DNA of 63,014 nucleotides, filler included, from Octopus bimaculoides (lineage: Eukaryota), in NCBI RefSeq assembly GCF_001194135.2. It is 7 parts of 6 records of this genome, joined end to end, with 100 filler letters (N's around TTAATTAATTAA, not from the genome) between each part and the next. Parts side by side here need not be neighbours in the genome. Positions count along the whole stretch, not along the records: positions 32,910 to 51,284 come from NC_068982.1; positions 51,385 to 58,236 come from NC_068982.1; 5 more parts are not named here. The stretch is one strand, 5' to 3'. Shown here one piece after another: positions 37,230-52,179 of this stretch (positions within the stretch are counted from its first letter, which is position 1; the number at the start of each line of letters is the position of its first letter). Under the pieces are notes generated by a model. The model was not told the origin of the DNA, made no database searches, and saw only the letters and a program-made list of their open reading frames with translations. A program made the position numbers and the translations under genes.

Positions 37230-39511
37230 TACTGGTAGAACAAATTATAAACTATGAAAACAAAACTTGGTGGTTAGGATGGTGACTGATTTTATATAGA
37301 TATATATATGTATATATATATATACATATATATAAATATATATATATATATACATGTATACATATATATACGTATGTGTCTGTGTGTGTCTGTGTGTGTC
37401 TGCGTGCGTGTACATGTGTGTGTGTGCTTGTGTATATGCATGTGTGTGCGCGAGCGCCTGTATGCTTTAAACTGAATAACCTCATTACAGACAAAAAAGC
37501 ATTTAACAATAACATCAAGAATCAGTAATTACCTGAATTCAGGTATGGAGGCGTACCTCGTGGATGAACCTGGTCTATGTACCCTAAGAGACCCAGTTTG
37601 ATATCTGGGGGTGTTACCGTTTTAAGAAGAAAAGCTATTGGTGAAGATAGCAAATCAAAGCTTTGTCCTGATTCCTTTACTGTTGAGGCAGCAGATCACC
37701 TGAAATAAAGAATTACATTCTATTACAACAGAGTATATTACAAGATAATGTTAGATGCTGAACACATTATTAATAAGTTACAAATGTTGCTGGGTTGTAA
37801 AGATACTGGTGAAACCTAATATATCACTTAACATATCTAGGACAAATCAGTTTTGTGGTGCTCAAACCCCCTCGGGGTAACGTACGTAGGCGAATTCTTT
37901 GTTTAGTAGTAGAAGCTAACAATAATAGTTGTTTAATCAGTACTGTAATTTTATTTTTATCGTACCTAGCTTCGGTGATGGAGAATGGAACTTTAAGAGA
38001 GTTGAGTGTAGGTATTAAGATGTAAATTGTGTGATTACCTCTCGTTGTATATTGATATAATGATTATTGTTGATACTAATAACTAACTATGACCCATAAT
38101 AACTGTAGAATGGTACATTGATGAAAAAAATAAAGTTTTGTTATAAATGAAAAATGTATATATCTCAACTGGACAAGTAGTTTGCGTGAACTCTGATCCG
38201 TAAAGTCATTGACATTGGATTTAAATGATACTTGAGAAAGACACATATTCAATTAATTATCGTGTCCCTGGGATATTTTATTAGTTCCTAAAGTTTGGAG
38301 AGGAAGACGATACAATTATCTGCCAAGTAAAATTGATTCCATTACCAGGTGTTTTATCCACTTGACAATTCTAACGCTGCATTAGATTACTGTTTCCTAT
38401 GTTTAGTACTCCAAGATGTAAAGTAATACTCGTAACATGTCATGGTACTGTTGAAGAAGAACAGGTATGTGTATCGTTCCAGTATCGTTACTAATTTAGT
38501 CAAGAAAGTGTGTACTGCATCTTATTACAAGCTCCAGGGAGAAATAAAGTTTGAGAGGGAAATAGGAAAGAGATGCGGCATGATGTAAAAGGACATCTTA
38601 AATTTGAATGCTGGAGCTAGTGACTCCAATACAGTAGGTGTCTCGATAGCAACAGTAAAAGTGTAAAATGAGAACCTGCTAGGTGGGAAGATTTTTGTCA
38701 AGTAAAAATATATTCATCATAAAGATTCTGTTCCCATCTGTGAGGTCAAGACTATTAGTATCTACTTCACAGGCAAAAGCAATGTTTCTCAAAGTAGGTA
38801 ATTAACTTAGTAAAGTCAGTTATTAAAACGAAGGATCGATTTGCTGGCACTCTGCCCTTGCTATCTTATTCTGTACGAGTGTAGCTCTTGTCGACTACTT
38901 TGAGTGACTCTTATTACTTTGAATTATTTTAATGTTTCACAGTAATGATTCAATCCCTTGGAAACAAAATGACCAATATAATATTAAGTTACATGGGTTT
39001 CCTCCTTATGATTAGATAACCTCCACTTGATCATTTAGAAACTAAGAAGTAGATATGCTATCGTAAACCTGACATTTAAATTTCCCTATTCCTCCTCTAT
39101 GCTGCTTTTGAATTATTTTACAATTAATTAACATCATTCTTAAGAGAAATAATAATACAAAGGCGTCAGGAGTTTCTCAGAGTATTCACAAATATACTTT
39201 ATGTACTGATTTTTAAAATACACGCGGAAACCACTGCATGTGCGATCGATTTGCTAAGAAAGAATTGTTAAATCTCCCACATATTACAAACACTATGTCT
39301 TGAAGAAAAAAGACAGATATATAGTGGAAAAAAGTAGCCGTAAATAAACTATATCTGAAAAAGTAAAAGAACAGTTATGTCAGGAACGATTTTGATCACA
39401 AGTCATATATTTTAATATAAGATATTAGCATTACATACTTTATGTGGAAACGAAGAAAATCGTTTTGAAGCGGCTTCATGTTGCAAAAGGTGAAATTTTA
39501 TTGTTCCGCGT

Positions 39512-39524
39512 GCACACACACACA

Positions 39525-39563
<39 letters not shown>

Positions 39564-39588
39564 TTGCACGCTTGCACACACACACACA

Positions 39589-39659
<71 letters not shown>
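39512..39659. repeat. (CA)n/(GCAC)n compound microsatellite
   Basis: Direct read. Confidence 0.95.
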
Positions 39660-39661
<2 letters not shown>

Positions 39662-40859
39662 ACACAGAACTCTCCACTTATCAACACAAACTTACATCAA
39701 TTTGAAAGTGAATTTACATTTTAAAAACTGTTCAACTGTAGAATATTTCAGAATAAAATGCACATCTATTTTTTTTACCAGAAAACAATTCCCAGAGGAT
39801 CAAGATGGAAATATTAAATATCTTAGTGCTGTGTTATTTTAACGGTTGTTTGATAGCTTTATGTAATAGATGCCTGTGCTTGTACGAGAAGCAACAAAGA
39901 AATACTACAAACATGAAAAGAAAATTGAAATACTTTTGTCTATAGCAATCTTCTATATTAGCAAAATGGTTTCGGTTTTTAGTTTTCTAATATTGATGTT
40001 TTGTTCTGGTATTACATGAATAATAATTCAATCTATCAATCACTTAATCCATATTTTAGAGAGCCGATAGCTTATCAGTAGATACGTGCCTTGCAATATT
40101 TTACGCTTCAAGTTCAAATGATACCGAAGAAGACTTTACCTTTCATTCCCTTATGATCAATAGAATAAATAGTGGACATGTACCGGTTTTGAGTCACCCT
40201 TTACTTACTGCCAGAAAAAAAAACAACAATAATAATATCTTAGAGAAATGATAGAACATCTATGCTATTACCTACATTGTTTAATTTCGACTACTTTTGG
40301 TCGAAATTTCTTTGGAGTCGATTTGGTCTTCCGCCTCTTCGTGCTTGGTATAATGGTATTTATATTCTACTGGTATCAATTCAATGGAAAACACAACGAT
40401 CAAAATCGACCGCATTCTTAGTCGGAATCAAATAATAGTTTTGTTGATAAATTATGATAATGTTCATATAAATACATTTAATAAACATATACATTCACCT
40501 TCAATGTGTAAATAGACGTTGTGGTTAAGGTACTGGGCTCTTTCCCTGCACGTCAAGTCTGGAAACAACTCGACCAGTTTCGATTGCTTATTGATGTGAT
40601 ATCACGAACGTCTACTCGTGATCGTATTGCAGAGAGTGAAAGCAGCTTACAAAAACTCATCATTATGAATAATAACCGTTACAAATTTTACTCATTTGTA
40701 TATCAAAAGATAATACAATGAGAGCCCTGTTGCTTAACCACAGTATCTGTTTTACACAGTGAATATATGTTTATTAATCATAAGTTTGTGAGGATAATGG
40801 ATTGGTAGACTAATATGAAAGTCGGAAAAAGAAATAAAAAACAATGTTTTACTGCATTT

Positions 40860-40985
40860 GTTCCGAGCTCATTAAGTTCAAATCTCACCAAGATCAGCTT
40901 TTCATGTATCGATAAAATAAAGTACCAGTCAAATACTGGTCGACTAACCACTTCCATTAAAATTACTGGCCTTGTAAAACAATTA
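40860..40985 (+). mobile_element. Old degenerate SINE family B fragment
   Basis: AAGTTCAAATCTCACCAAG...TCGATAAAATAAAGTACCAGTCAAATACTGG resembles the family B body. Confidence 0.5.
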
Positions 40986-42206
40986 CTCATACGTATGTAC
41001 ATTTATTGACAATTTATCCACATACACTCTGGTTCAGTACTTTAAATTATTCGACTCCCTATGGCGGTGCCCTAATTCAAAGAGTCTACTGGACATGATG
41101 TTTTCTGACTTTGTTTCACAAATACAAAACACATACATTGGTGATGTGATCGAACTTCCTGTGCCAAGACGATCCAGTCGGGTTGGAATAACAAATTAAA
41201 GAATCGCAACAGTCAGTTGGGTAAGTTTTGGTAAATTTGGTCAAGCTTCTCGGCTGAGCGGTTATGAATGCGTATTCTCTTATTTGAATTGCATTATGAA
41301 ATAGCAAAACATGAACCAATACTGGAACTCCTATGCGGTCATTCGATTTGTGAGAAAGAATAGCCAAATCTTCTACGCAATATACTTTAGCGTTTAAAAA
41401 AAATGAAGGAAACGTCGACTAAAGACGGTTCTAATATAATAAAATAGACGATACTCACAACTGAATACTTTAACCTTTATTGTATTGGGTACGTTACTTT
41501 AAATTGATGAATGTCTTAATATGCGCTATAAATATGAATAATGTATATGTATACATACGTATACATACACACATACACACATACACATATAATATATATA
41601 AATATATATAGGTAGATAGAAAGATATATTGATAGATAGATATGTATATATGTGTAAAGATATAAATATACATATATGTGTGTAAAACATATGTATATGT
41701 GCTTGTGTGTCTTAATGAAATTCCAATAGAAATGATTGTGATTAGACTTTCATCAATGTAAATAATTGGATAGATAAAAGACGATAACCATTAATGCGTA
41801 AAATTAGTTGAAAACATACATCTCTCTCCAACTTTCTCTTACACACTCTCCCTATGTCACTTTCACTTTCTTTCCCGCTTCTTCTCTCTCGTCCACACAA
41901 AAACATATACAAATTGTCACGCAAAGATACAAATGTATCCAAACATTGCAAAGATAAACATATATACAATGATATACATAGACACACATAAACATATAGA
42001 CACCTATCTACACACAGACGCTTGCTAAGAAATTGATGAGCTGGAATAGGAACATAGTCCTAATTATATGCATATATACCACCATAAGTACACAACCAAC
42101 ACGCGTACATCAATTAACTACACCGTTTTAAAATCCGTCACAAAATATAAGGAGATTTTGACAGGGCTTTTCAAAATGATTCCTGAAGTTTGTACGCATA
42201 CATACA

Positions 42207-42240
<34 letters not shown>

Positions 42241-43689
42241 CATAACACATCCGCACCCACACATATTTGTGCGTGCGTGTGCCTTTCTATATGTGTGTGT
42301 ATGTCTATATACATATATATGTATGTTTGTGCCTATATTTGCATTCGTGTGCGTATGTATGCTTCTATATATCTATATATACATTTATATGTGTGTGTAC
42401 ATGTATTTATGCGCATGTATGTAGGTAACAGTATCTATTTAACCCGAAATAATACGTATTTGTAACTATTTCTTTTTCAGTAACTGAAAGGATAGAAACA
42501 GTAATCAAAGAAACAGCAACAACAACAGCAACAACAACATGTTGAACATAGTTCAGTAAGTGTTTAATTGCTAAGGCTGTTTGTTGGCAAAATGTTCTTT
42601 TATATATTATGTTCCGTTCATTAGTTTGCATCCTAATGAATTAAACCCTTCATGCGCGAGTAAACAATTCATATAAAATAAGATATACTCACACAGATTA
42701 CGACACATTTTAAATAGTTGATATGCCGACACACGCACACACATTAACAATACTGTGTCAGAGTGTGAGTACGTGTATATTCATGCATGTATATTGTGCG
42801 TGTGTGTGTATATATATATATATATATGTACATACATATATGTAAATATATATGTGTGTGTGTGTGTGTATCTTTGTATAAATGAACGTATAGAATGCCT
42901 TTTCCTCAATTGCATAGCAGTTTTGGAGAAGTCTTGATTAGAAAGATTATTTATTTCCTATTTGTAATTGGTACTATTTGCCATTAAGCAAATGGTCTAC
43001 CTACTCTAAATTTATTTTGTGTAGTGTCTCGTATACCCTTATCAGTCTTTGTTGTTCAGAGACATGCTCAATTTTGTTTCATTCCTGTAAATTGTCAAGG
43101 CGATAAATGTGTTCTACTTCTTTTGTCGATGTCCAAGTGACACAAGTACTAGAGATATGGTACGGCAATTGCTACGCTACTGACGCATATTGAGACAAAA
43201 TCATGTCTCAATACAGCTGCTCTCTTGTTTCCAAACAGTCAAACTGTTTTGTCCTTAATATCATGTCAATTTTAGAGAATCTTTCATTCTTGAGCTCATA
43301 TCTCCTTCTCATTTGGAGTATTTCTTACTAACAAGCGATTAGTCTACTCGTCACAGAAGCGTAGATAATTTCAATAAATCAAGAATTTGTAAACATTAGT
43401 ATTTGTACATACAAGAAGAAATAGAAATGTTAGGTTGATTAAAAATATTAATCATGAAATAATTTGATTCAAATACATATCTTTCCATAGAGATCCAGTT
43501 TGTTATTGGATCAGACAGTAACTTTGAAAACGATAAAGCTTTTCGAAGAACTATCCAGTGAATTTGGGCATAGAGATTGCAGGTTGAAGTAATAAATCTG
43601 ATCTAATATATATATCACCAAAAAGATAAGATTCGGGAATACAGGGGAACTAGAAAGAAGTTAGAATTATATGTAATGAAACCAGTGGT

Positions 43690-44260
43690 GCTTGCCCTAG
43701 ATACAGAGGTAAAGACTGGAATAGGATACAAAGCAAACAGGGTGAACACATGGTACAAAGCCGACAAATATCAAAGCGTGATGTTGTAGAGGCCACAGCC
43801 CATGGAAAACTAGCCCAAAGATTTAGGAAAGCTCTGAAGGAGATCAAACTCAACATTAAGATCGTTGAAAAGCCAGGGAGCTCCATCAGATCACAGTTAT
43901 GTTGGACGTACCTCTTTGAGAATACCACATGCACTAATGAAAACTATATGGTATGTAAGATTAACCCTGGCATTAACTGTAGAACTAGAAATGTAGTCTA
44001 CAGCATAAGGTGCATAGAGAGTGCTTCTAAAGACAAGAACAAGACATACATTGGTGAGACATCTAGAAGCATTGAGGAGAAATTAAATGTACATTTGAGA
44101 CAATATGACGACAAAAAACAGTTCTCCATACTCTACCAACATGCCAAAGACCAACATGGAGACACACTGGGTCCACTTGACATCCACATTCTATCCAAGC
44201 ACCCGAAGGACCCAACACTCAGACATACCCCATACTAAATAGGAGATATACAAAGAAGGC
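43690..44260 (+). pseudogene. PLE GIY-YIG endonuclease remnant (third lineage)
   Basis: PRYRGKDW / TWYK..KYQSVM / VEATAHGKLAQRF...IKIVEKPGSSIRSQL...CRTRNVVYSIRC...YIGETSRSIEEKLNVH...H...H, ending PILNRR after a frameshift. Confidence 0.8.
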
Positions 44261-44327
44261 AGTGATACCCCACAACCCATAGTTTATACATACACAGGTA
44301 GATTTATTAGTAGGCTGTTATGTAGGC

Positions 44328-44366
<39 letters not shown>

Positions 44367-44716
44367 TAGGAAAATGGATATGTGGGCAAACAGACAGATA
44401 AGTAGATAGATATGGACATAGGTAATACGGACAGACAAGTACACACACGTACACAAAAGGAGACGGAAACACATGACCATATACACACACGCACACTNNN
44501 NNNNNNNNNNNNNNNNNNNNNNNNNNNNNNNNNNNNNNNNNNNNNNNNNNNNNNNNNNNNNNNNNNNNNNNNNNNNNNNNNNNNNNNNNNNNNNNNNNNN
44601 NNNNNNNNNNNNNNNNNNNNNNNNNNNNNNNNNNNNNNNNNNNNNNNNNNNNNNNNNNNNNNNNNNNNNNNNNNNNNNNNNNNNNNNNNNNNNNNNNNNN
44701 NNNNNNNNNNNNNNNN

Positions 44717-44767
<51 letters not shown>

Positions 44768-45403
44768 CACGCACACACACGCATAAATACATACATACAT
44801 ATGTGTATACACATGCACACTGACGCACACATGCGCACAAACAAACAAAAAGAACGCAGCTCCGATAACGGAGAGAGTCAACAAGTATTGAAGAGATTTC
44901 AAGAAGTAGCGAAAATTTTAGGAAAGAAAAATGAATGAGTGGAAATTGAACCGGTGAATGTGTTAATTAATAAGGTATTAAAACAGAATCACTCTCCAAA
45001 TAGTGCAGTACGTTTACAATGGGAACGAAGCAATTCAAGATATGACTAAATACGCATGATAGTTTTCGGATATAATGTGCTCTTGGTGAATTTATATTCT
45101 GACGAGGGGAGATGGGATACCGGTCGACAATGGAATTTGAAAACAAGCTAAAAAACATACTACACTTTAAGAATAAAGAGGTGACGATGTATTGAAAAGC
45201 ATGGTAGACTTTCAACATTTGAAATTTGAAATGTATTGTGTTGTTGTTTGCAAGACAAGTTTTCCGGATTTAATGGCCAGCTTTCTCACCCTTATACATC
45301 ATAGATGCTTCTATCAATTTATGTATCTAATAGCGGAAAGCAACATCAGTATCAGATACAAAAGGAGCGGTTGAGTTATTAAAAAATATTTATAAACGGA
45401 AAA

Positions 45404-45441
<38 letters not shown>

Positions 45442-46653
45442 ACATGTACTAAATATGTTTAGAACTAAGTCTCCGCTAAATAACGAACATAACATTTTGT
45501 CCCAAGTGTTTATAAGATTGTTGACATTTAGTAAATGTTTGGGTGTGTAGATGCCTTGAAAAGAAATCAACAGCTACATGAAGTAATCTTAACCTAAAGT
45601 ATGTTTCATACTTTGCAGGCTTGGGACTATTCTTAAGCAAGGAGTTTAAAGTGTTTTGATAGAGGGTGGCAATTAATATTTAAGCATAATACCTTTAAGA
45701 AAATTTGTTCTGCCTATCTTTAGGTATTGTTTCTACAGCGGGAACTGACTATTTAAAAGGAAGTTATTGGCAAAATACGCACACAAATGTTGTGCGTTGC
45801 GTATAAATATTTATATGTATACATTTGTATAAATATGGCTGTGTGTATATGTATGTACGCATGTATGTATGTATATATACGTATGTATGTGTATATGTAT
45901 GCATGTTTGTGTGTGAGTGCCATCGTTTTACTGGCTAGCATGGGTTGGACGAGTCGTCAACGTCCGAATCGGCTCTTATTCAGTGTTATTGCCCTTCTGG
46001 TTATTGTCTGGGTACCGCGTCTCCTCGTTACATTTTGTTTATGGTTTAGCACTGTAGAAGAATGTCTTTAGTTTTGATTCCTGGTTGAAATCCCTCCACT
46101 TCTTTGGCTCTGAAAATGCTATTTAGAAATACATATACATTACGACTTCCAGTTTTCTCCCCCTCTCCCGGTATAAGACCTTGCTTTAAAAAGGAACATT
46201 AAAAATTGTAATAAATCTTTATATCTAGCTGAGAACGATGAAATATTTTAAGAGTAGATCTTTAAATAGCGAATACAACATCGCTTCACTGCTGATTTTA
46301 TTTTCATAAACATTTAATCTCTAGTTATATAAGTCACTGACTGTTGGTAGTTGTAAAAGTGAGGAATTACTAAGTGAAAATATCACGGACTTAACTGACT
46401 AAAGACACTGAAGTGACAAAATGAGTACTGCATTGAGACAGTGTCACGACGAGAGAGATTAAGGCTTCTCAGTGCAGTTGCGAATGGTTGGTTTCACAAA
46501 GCAATCGGTTCTGGTGCGATTCACAAAAAGTTCAGAGTCAAGATCAATTGACAACTATTACTTTGATGTTCATTCCTTCAATTTATTTCTAGCTGTTGCT
46601 TAATCTAGGTTGGTTTGAATGTTTGTTTGCATTCAGATTGGTCTGTTTATTTG

Positions 46654-46654
<1 letters not shown>

Positions 46655-46700
<46 letters not shown>

Positions 46701-46930
46701 CTCTCTCTCTCTCATTGTCTCTATTTCTCTATGCATCACGTATGTATGTATGTATGTATGTATGTATGTATGTATGTATGCACGAATGCATGCATGCATG
46801 TATGTATGTATGTATGCATGTATGTATGTGCGTATGTATGTACGTATGTATATGTGTATATACGTGTGTATGCTTGTGTGTATGTATGTATGAATGTGTG
46901 TATGTGTCTATGTATGTATGTATGTATGTA
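46655..46930. repeat. (TTTC)n-(TC)n-(TATG)n microsatellite cluster
   Basis: Direct read. Confidence 0.9.
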
Positions 46931-49900
46931 TGTACACGCCCGTGCGCGTACGCATACATACACATATATACTAGTATAGTTTTCAGGAACCATTGTCATA
47001 TATATAACTATATGTTTGAAATATATTTTTTTAAACCAAAATAATGCAAGTTATAAAAATTAATAATACAAGCCGTTAGTACTGCTACCTAATATTTGAA
47101 TATTTTAGAGTCAGGTCCTCTTCTTCAGGAAATTTTCAAAGAAAAGCTATCGACACCTTTACTCCTTAAATTTCTTGAAGATGAACCAGTTAAAGTTACT
47201 AACCATCGATCTGCATTATTAGTTTTTTACGATTTTCATTGTATTGGCTAAAAAAAAACAGTATTTAACACACACAAACACACACACAAACACACGCACG
47301 CAGATGCACACATACATAAACATATATAAATATGTATTATATGCGTATATACGTATGTTTATTTGCATATATTTATATATGTATGTGTGCATGTATGTAT
47401 GTATCTACTTAGCCTATCTATATATATACATATAAACATCTACAAATATATGCAAACGCGCACATAATGTAAACGAAATGATACGTCAACAAAAATCAAA
47501 GCAAACATAATTATATTTCTCGCATATCAAATGCGTATTGCGATTCAACTGCAATAGTTGTAGACAATACACGCATTGGGTAGTTGTAAACGTAACCGAA
47601 ACATATGAATCGTGCTAAATCTATTTGGATATAAGACTTCACAGTAAAATGCTCGATAGACGCTGGGTCTGTAGTTATAGAACCATTGACGTATTATCAT
47701 TGCTTTTTTTGCTATTATAGTTTTGATTAATGTGAACATGTTTTATACAGCAGAATTTCTGCGGGCAAACAGTTTACACAAAAATGATATTATAATCTCT
47801 CACATTGGAATAAAAGCTTCGTAAACTACGTCAGTTATAATACCAGAGTTGAGCTGATAGAAGCGGAAGAACATCAGCTTTGCTTTGTTATTTATAACAT
47901 CCACATAGAGAAAAATTTATACCATAAAAGTCACGTGTATGCAAATTATATGGTCAAATTCTGTTGGAGATAATACAGTAAATGCCAATAATACATTAGT
48001 GTCGATTAGGACGATATATTCCTCACAACGAATATTGGTCAATATGGCAATCAAAAACAGGTCATTAATGATAACTAACAAATTCACTCTGCTTCCAGAT
48101 ATAATAAAACGAAAAAAAAAACAAAACGTTATTTATCTACCATATTTACCACCTTTTAGACCGTTCTCTTCCAAATGCTTGTTCTCCTGCAAACAAGTCC
48201 CTTCCCGTTGGCGTTTTCTCATCTGTCACAAAGTTCCAGCAATCCAACTGAAACAACATGCACACTATGTGCAGTCTTCTACTGATTTAGTTTTCCAGTT
48301 TATGAAGGACAATAAAATAGAGAATATTTTTTCGCTAAGGAAGTTAATAAAAACCGAAGCATGTCCGTAATTTTCACCAGATCCACGCCAGTCTGCATTG
48401 TTTATATCATAAAAATATATTGATCTAGTGGTTTTTATGAATTTATCTTCCGCGATTGAGATTTTTAGATTTTTAAACAAATCTAAACGCAGTTTTTGTC
48501 TACAACTCACAGTATTACGTATATGAGGCCGTACTGTATTTGCATTTAGCCCTCTAAGGTATTAGTTAACATAAGAGTACAGTCAACCACTTCACTCTGC
48601 ATACTGTAGGAGAAAGCAACATCAGATTTCATTATAAAAATCTCCCACTTGCATTACGGAAGCTGTTATAGAAGTACACCTAATATGTATTCGAAAATAC
48701 AATATATTAATGAATATAATTTTTCACAGTATGTCGAATTTTGATTAATGTATAATATGTAATATATAACATATAATTATATAAAGTAACACATGACTAG
48801 ATTTGCACGCAAATATTCACTTCTTTCTCATTAGAAAATCGTTTCCGTCACTCTGTACGTATATCCTTTCATATTTCTGATAAACAACCATATGCACATT
48901 GCACTCGTTGGTCAAAAGATTTTCATTGATGACTACTTCTTAAATATAATAGATATCACTCTTCTATATTTCATGTATTCTCACAAATTAAATAGGTAAT
49001 TTATAAAATTGGTCTTCTGATAACTACACACATACATAAATAAGCACATGCAAAAACAAAAACAAATCAAAAACAATACGTGGGTTTCATCCTCTAGAAA
49101 TGGCAGTCAAATTTCTTTCGTATTACATCAAATAGCGATTTAAAAACCGAACTAAAAACAATCTGCAAACTTTCAAGAAAGGGTCAATTTAAAGATATAA
49201 AAGACGAACTGGTTAAAGTCTTTCATCGCAGTTCTCTCAATCAGGGCTGTCTGGCGCTAAGCAACAATAGCAACAAAACGGAAACTCACTCGCGCACATG
49301 TTAGGTGACAGTTGTTTCATCTTTTCAATATTAACCGTCTCAAATGAAACATTTGTATATCATTAGAGTGTAATGACATAAACTTAACGATAAGGAGGCC
49401 ACACCACACTATGAATATCAAGTGATAAGCAAGAATATAAAGACTGGAAACTATTTCAACAGCAGTTTTTAGATAGGAGGGCTTCTTCCTAGACACTTAC
49501 AAATCAGGCCTAAAGAAATCTAGGTGGTATTCGAATACAGAGTATTGGATGATAATCCAAATATCAGTAAACTGAAACGCAAGTTTTGAGCATATGAAAA
49601 TTTCTAGATTTTACAATTGCTTGAATGATTGATGTCAAGGTCTCTGAACCTCAATCATGATGTTCAGTGACCTTTGACACACTCTATTTGTTGTGTTTTA
49701 ATGCTCTCGTTGGGATGAATAGGATCGGTTGACTCTGTGTTCTTTCTCGATTCTACCTATTATCAGGATTTACTCCCTTGACCTATGCCTTTTCGCAGGC
49801 TCTCAACGCAGTGCAGTTTTATGTTTAATCTAGTTACTTTCCAATGCTACTGAGCTCACTCTGCCTTCCCAGTGTAGCACTAAAAAAGCTACTGGTGTAG

Positions 49901-51328
49901 CATTGAAAAAGCCAAGGAATGCCTTACTTCCAGTTTTTTGTAGTACATCAAAAACAAACCAGAAAGTACTAGGTCCCTGCGCTGTTGCTAGATAGTCGTT
50001 GACCCTACACTGAATTCATTAATTCTTTTGACAGATAATGCTTTAATGTTTTTGTCCTGCTGGGTTTCTAGTGACCCTCCTTATGAAATAAACCTGGCGG
50101 AGAAGACGGTTCAGTCATCGCTAATCCGACGATGTAACAGGTTGGACCGAACTGCATGTTATCAATAGCTATTGTGAGCGAATTCTTTATTACTCACTAA
50201 ATGATATGACTGCACCTAGCAATCTAAAGTAGATGAACACTAAGCCTCAAACTCTTATCACCGATACAACGTACTCACCATCATTTCTTGTAAGAATTTC
50301 TAATGATTAATATACAGTTTTGTCGTATGAGGTAAGGTTGCATAAGCTCGAAGTGAGTCGATGCATAATTGTAAAAATTTAACTTTATACAATTAATATC
50401 CATGGGAAAGTTATAGATGCCACTACATCTCATTCTCTTATAAAAATCTGTGATCTTATGCTGAGACAAAAATAAGTCAATTTATGTCGACGGGCGAACT
50501 AAAAAGAAAATGTTATGATTTTGCCACGTGTAGGACAATGTTTATGATGCGGTCGTATATCATAATCCCAGAATACCTTGCGGTGAACAAGCAACAACTG
50601 TTTCATATAGCTGTATACTTTTATTAACATTCTGCGACATGAGAGCGGAAATCGGTGTTTCCGTTGCACACGACGGAGAATTAGATATAGTGCCATTTAT
50701 CTTTGTAATCAAATTAATACACAAAACCTACCTTCATTTTTCTACTTCCATTTTTTTCCCCCGTAAATCAAACAAACACGCTATAATGAGCGTCATAATT
50801 AACGTTATAGTTCCTAAAACACCAACGGTGAGAACAATAGAGAAACTGTGTGAAGTATCATAATATAATATTGAACTGGATAACCTTAGAGAAATGACCA
50901 ATATTAGAGCTGTTCTTAAAGCGTGTTTGATTGGAAAATGAATGCGTTTCTTTTTGTTTCTAATTTCTAATTTAGATGATATCGTACGGAATAACACAGA
51001 CAATGTAGATTATACTCATTGGTACTTAGTGCATCCAGACAAACAGGACCTCAAATTAACACACATTCGCTATGCTTTACTGGTACACATGTGTGTGTGT
51101 GTATGTGTGTGTGCGTGCGCGTATGGTGTGTTACTAAACCTATTCGAACGAAATGGTGCGTACTGAGTATCCAATACAGTAGTCTTAGTGTTTTATGATA
51201 GTTATTGAAATAAGTCCACTAGCTGTTACTTCGTGATTTACGCCAGCGATATATATATATATATATTATATATATATATATATANNNNNNNNNNNNNNNN
51301 NNNNNNNNNNNNNNNNNNNNNNNNNNNN

Positions 51329-51340
51329 TTAATTAATTAA
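51329..51340. other. Assembly gap linker TTAATTAATTAA
   Basis: 44 N on each side. Confidence 0.95.
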
Positions 51341-51384
51341 NNNNNNNNNNNNNNNNNNNNNNNNNNNNNNNNNNNNNNNNNNNN

Positions 51385-51618
51385 ATTCCTTGCGAGCTTA
51401 TGCATGTCCTCAGCAGTCACAGCCCATGTTTCAATGCCATGTAGCATAGCTGTTCGTACACATGCATCATACAGTCTGCCTTTTACTCTGAGTGAGAGTC
51501 CCTTTGTCGCCAGCAGAGGTAAGAGCTCTCTGAACTTTGCCCAGGCTATTCTTATTCTAGCAGCTACACTTTCAGCACACCCACCCCCACTACTAACTTG
51601 GTCACCCAGATAGCGGAC
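51385..51618 (-). mobile_element. RTE-clade LINE ORF fragment, open frame, running into a gap
   Basis: The minus strand translates without a stop: VRYLGDQVSSGGGCAESVAARIRIAWAKFRELLPLLATKGLSLRVKGRLYDACVRTAMLHGIETWAVTAEDMHKLARN. The YLG, R...AW.KF and Y...VR...L.G.ETW motifs are typical of the RTE post-RT region. Confidence 0.9.
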
Positions 51619-51859
51619 ACAAAAAATATATACAATATATATATATATATATATATATACAAAATATATACAATATATATATATGTATACAAATTATATA
51701 CAATATATATCTATATATACACAAAAAATATACATACACGCAAATGCACACACACACACACACACATATACATATGTGCATGTATATATGTAATGTGAGA
51801 TAATAGCCTCACTTCTAATAGTTTCACTATGTATATATTATATACATAGTGAAATTATT

Positions 51860-52125
51860 TCAAGTGAAACTTTTAAAACTGAAACTTTTATCTCACATTA
51901 CAATAGAAATGTTTTTGTTTCACGTTTGACATGTAATACCGATCCAGTTCAAGAGATTGCTCCAGTCTTATATTAGGCAAGAAGTTGAAAACGTTTTTGG
52001 CCCATGACACTCCATGGACCCTAAATAGTGTATTTGTAAAATTTGAATGAAATCGGTTGGGTAGTTCTCGAATTTTAGTGATTCACACATACAGACAGTC
52101 AGACATTCTCAGTTTTATATATATG
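51860..52125 (+). mobile_element. Probable non-autonomous Helitron/Helentron-associated element
   Basis: The 3' end AAAATTTGAATGAAATCGGTTGGGTAGTTCTCG...CATACAGACAGTCAGACATTCTCAGTTTTATATA resembles the layout of HINE/Lep1-like ends. This assignment is from recall only. Confidence 0.4.
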
Positions 52126-52130
52126 TGTGT

Positions 52131-52173
<43 letters not shown>

Positions 52174-52179
52174 TAGATA

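Noticed and set aside
37533-37699. Minus-strand segment with good acceptor (TTCTTTATTTCAG) and donor (CAG/GTAATT)
   Set aside because: It is 167 nt with stops in all three frames, and such sites arise by chance in AT-rich DNA; transcript evidence is needed.
43188-43213. Perfect 10-bp hairpin
   Set aside because: Short and isolated; expected by chance in 63 kb of AT-rich sequence.
45190-45375. Weak resemblance to a hAT transposase C-terminus (FPDL...)
   Set aside because: The STY.CE..FS motif is not recoverable; similarity is too weak.
47939-48510. Overlapping non-repetitive ORFs (143 aa plus strand, 81 aa minus strand)
   Set aside because: No recognisable domain, and lengths are compatible with chance.
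50279-50460. Minus-strand segment bounded by TTTTTGTCTCAG and ATG/GTGAGT
   Set aside because: The open frame stops just before the donor and the peptide resembles nothing I recognise.
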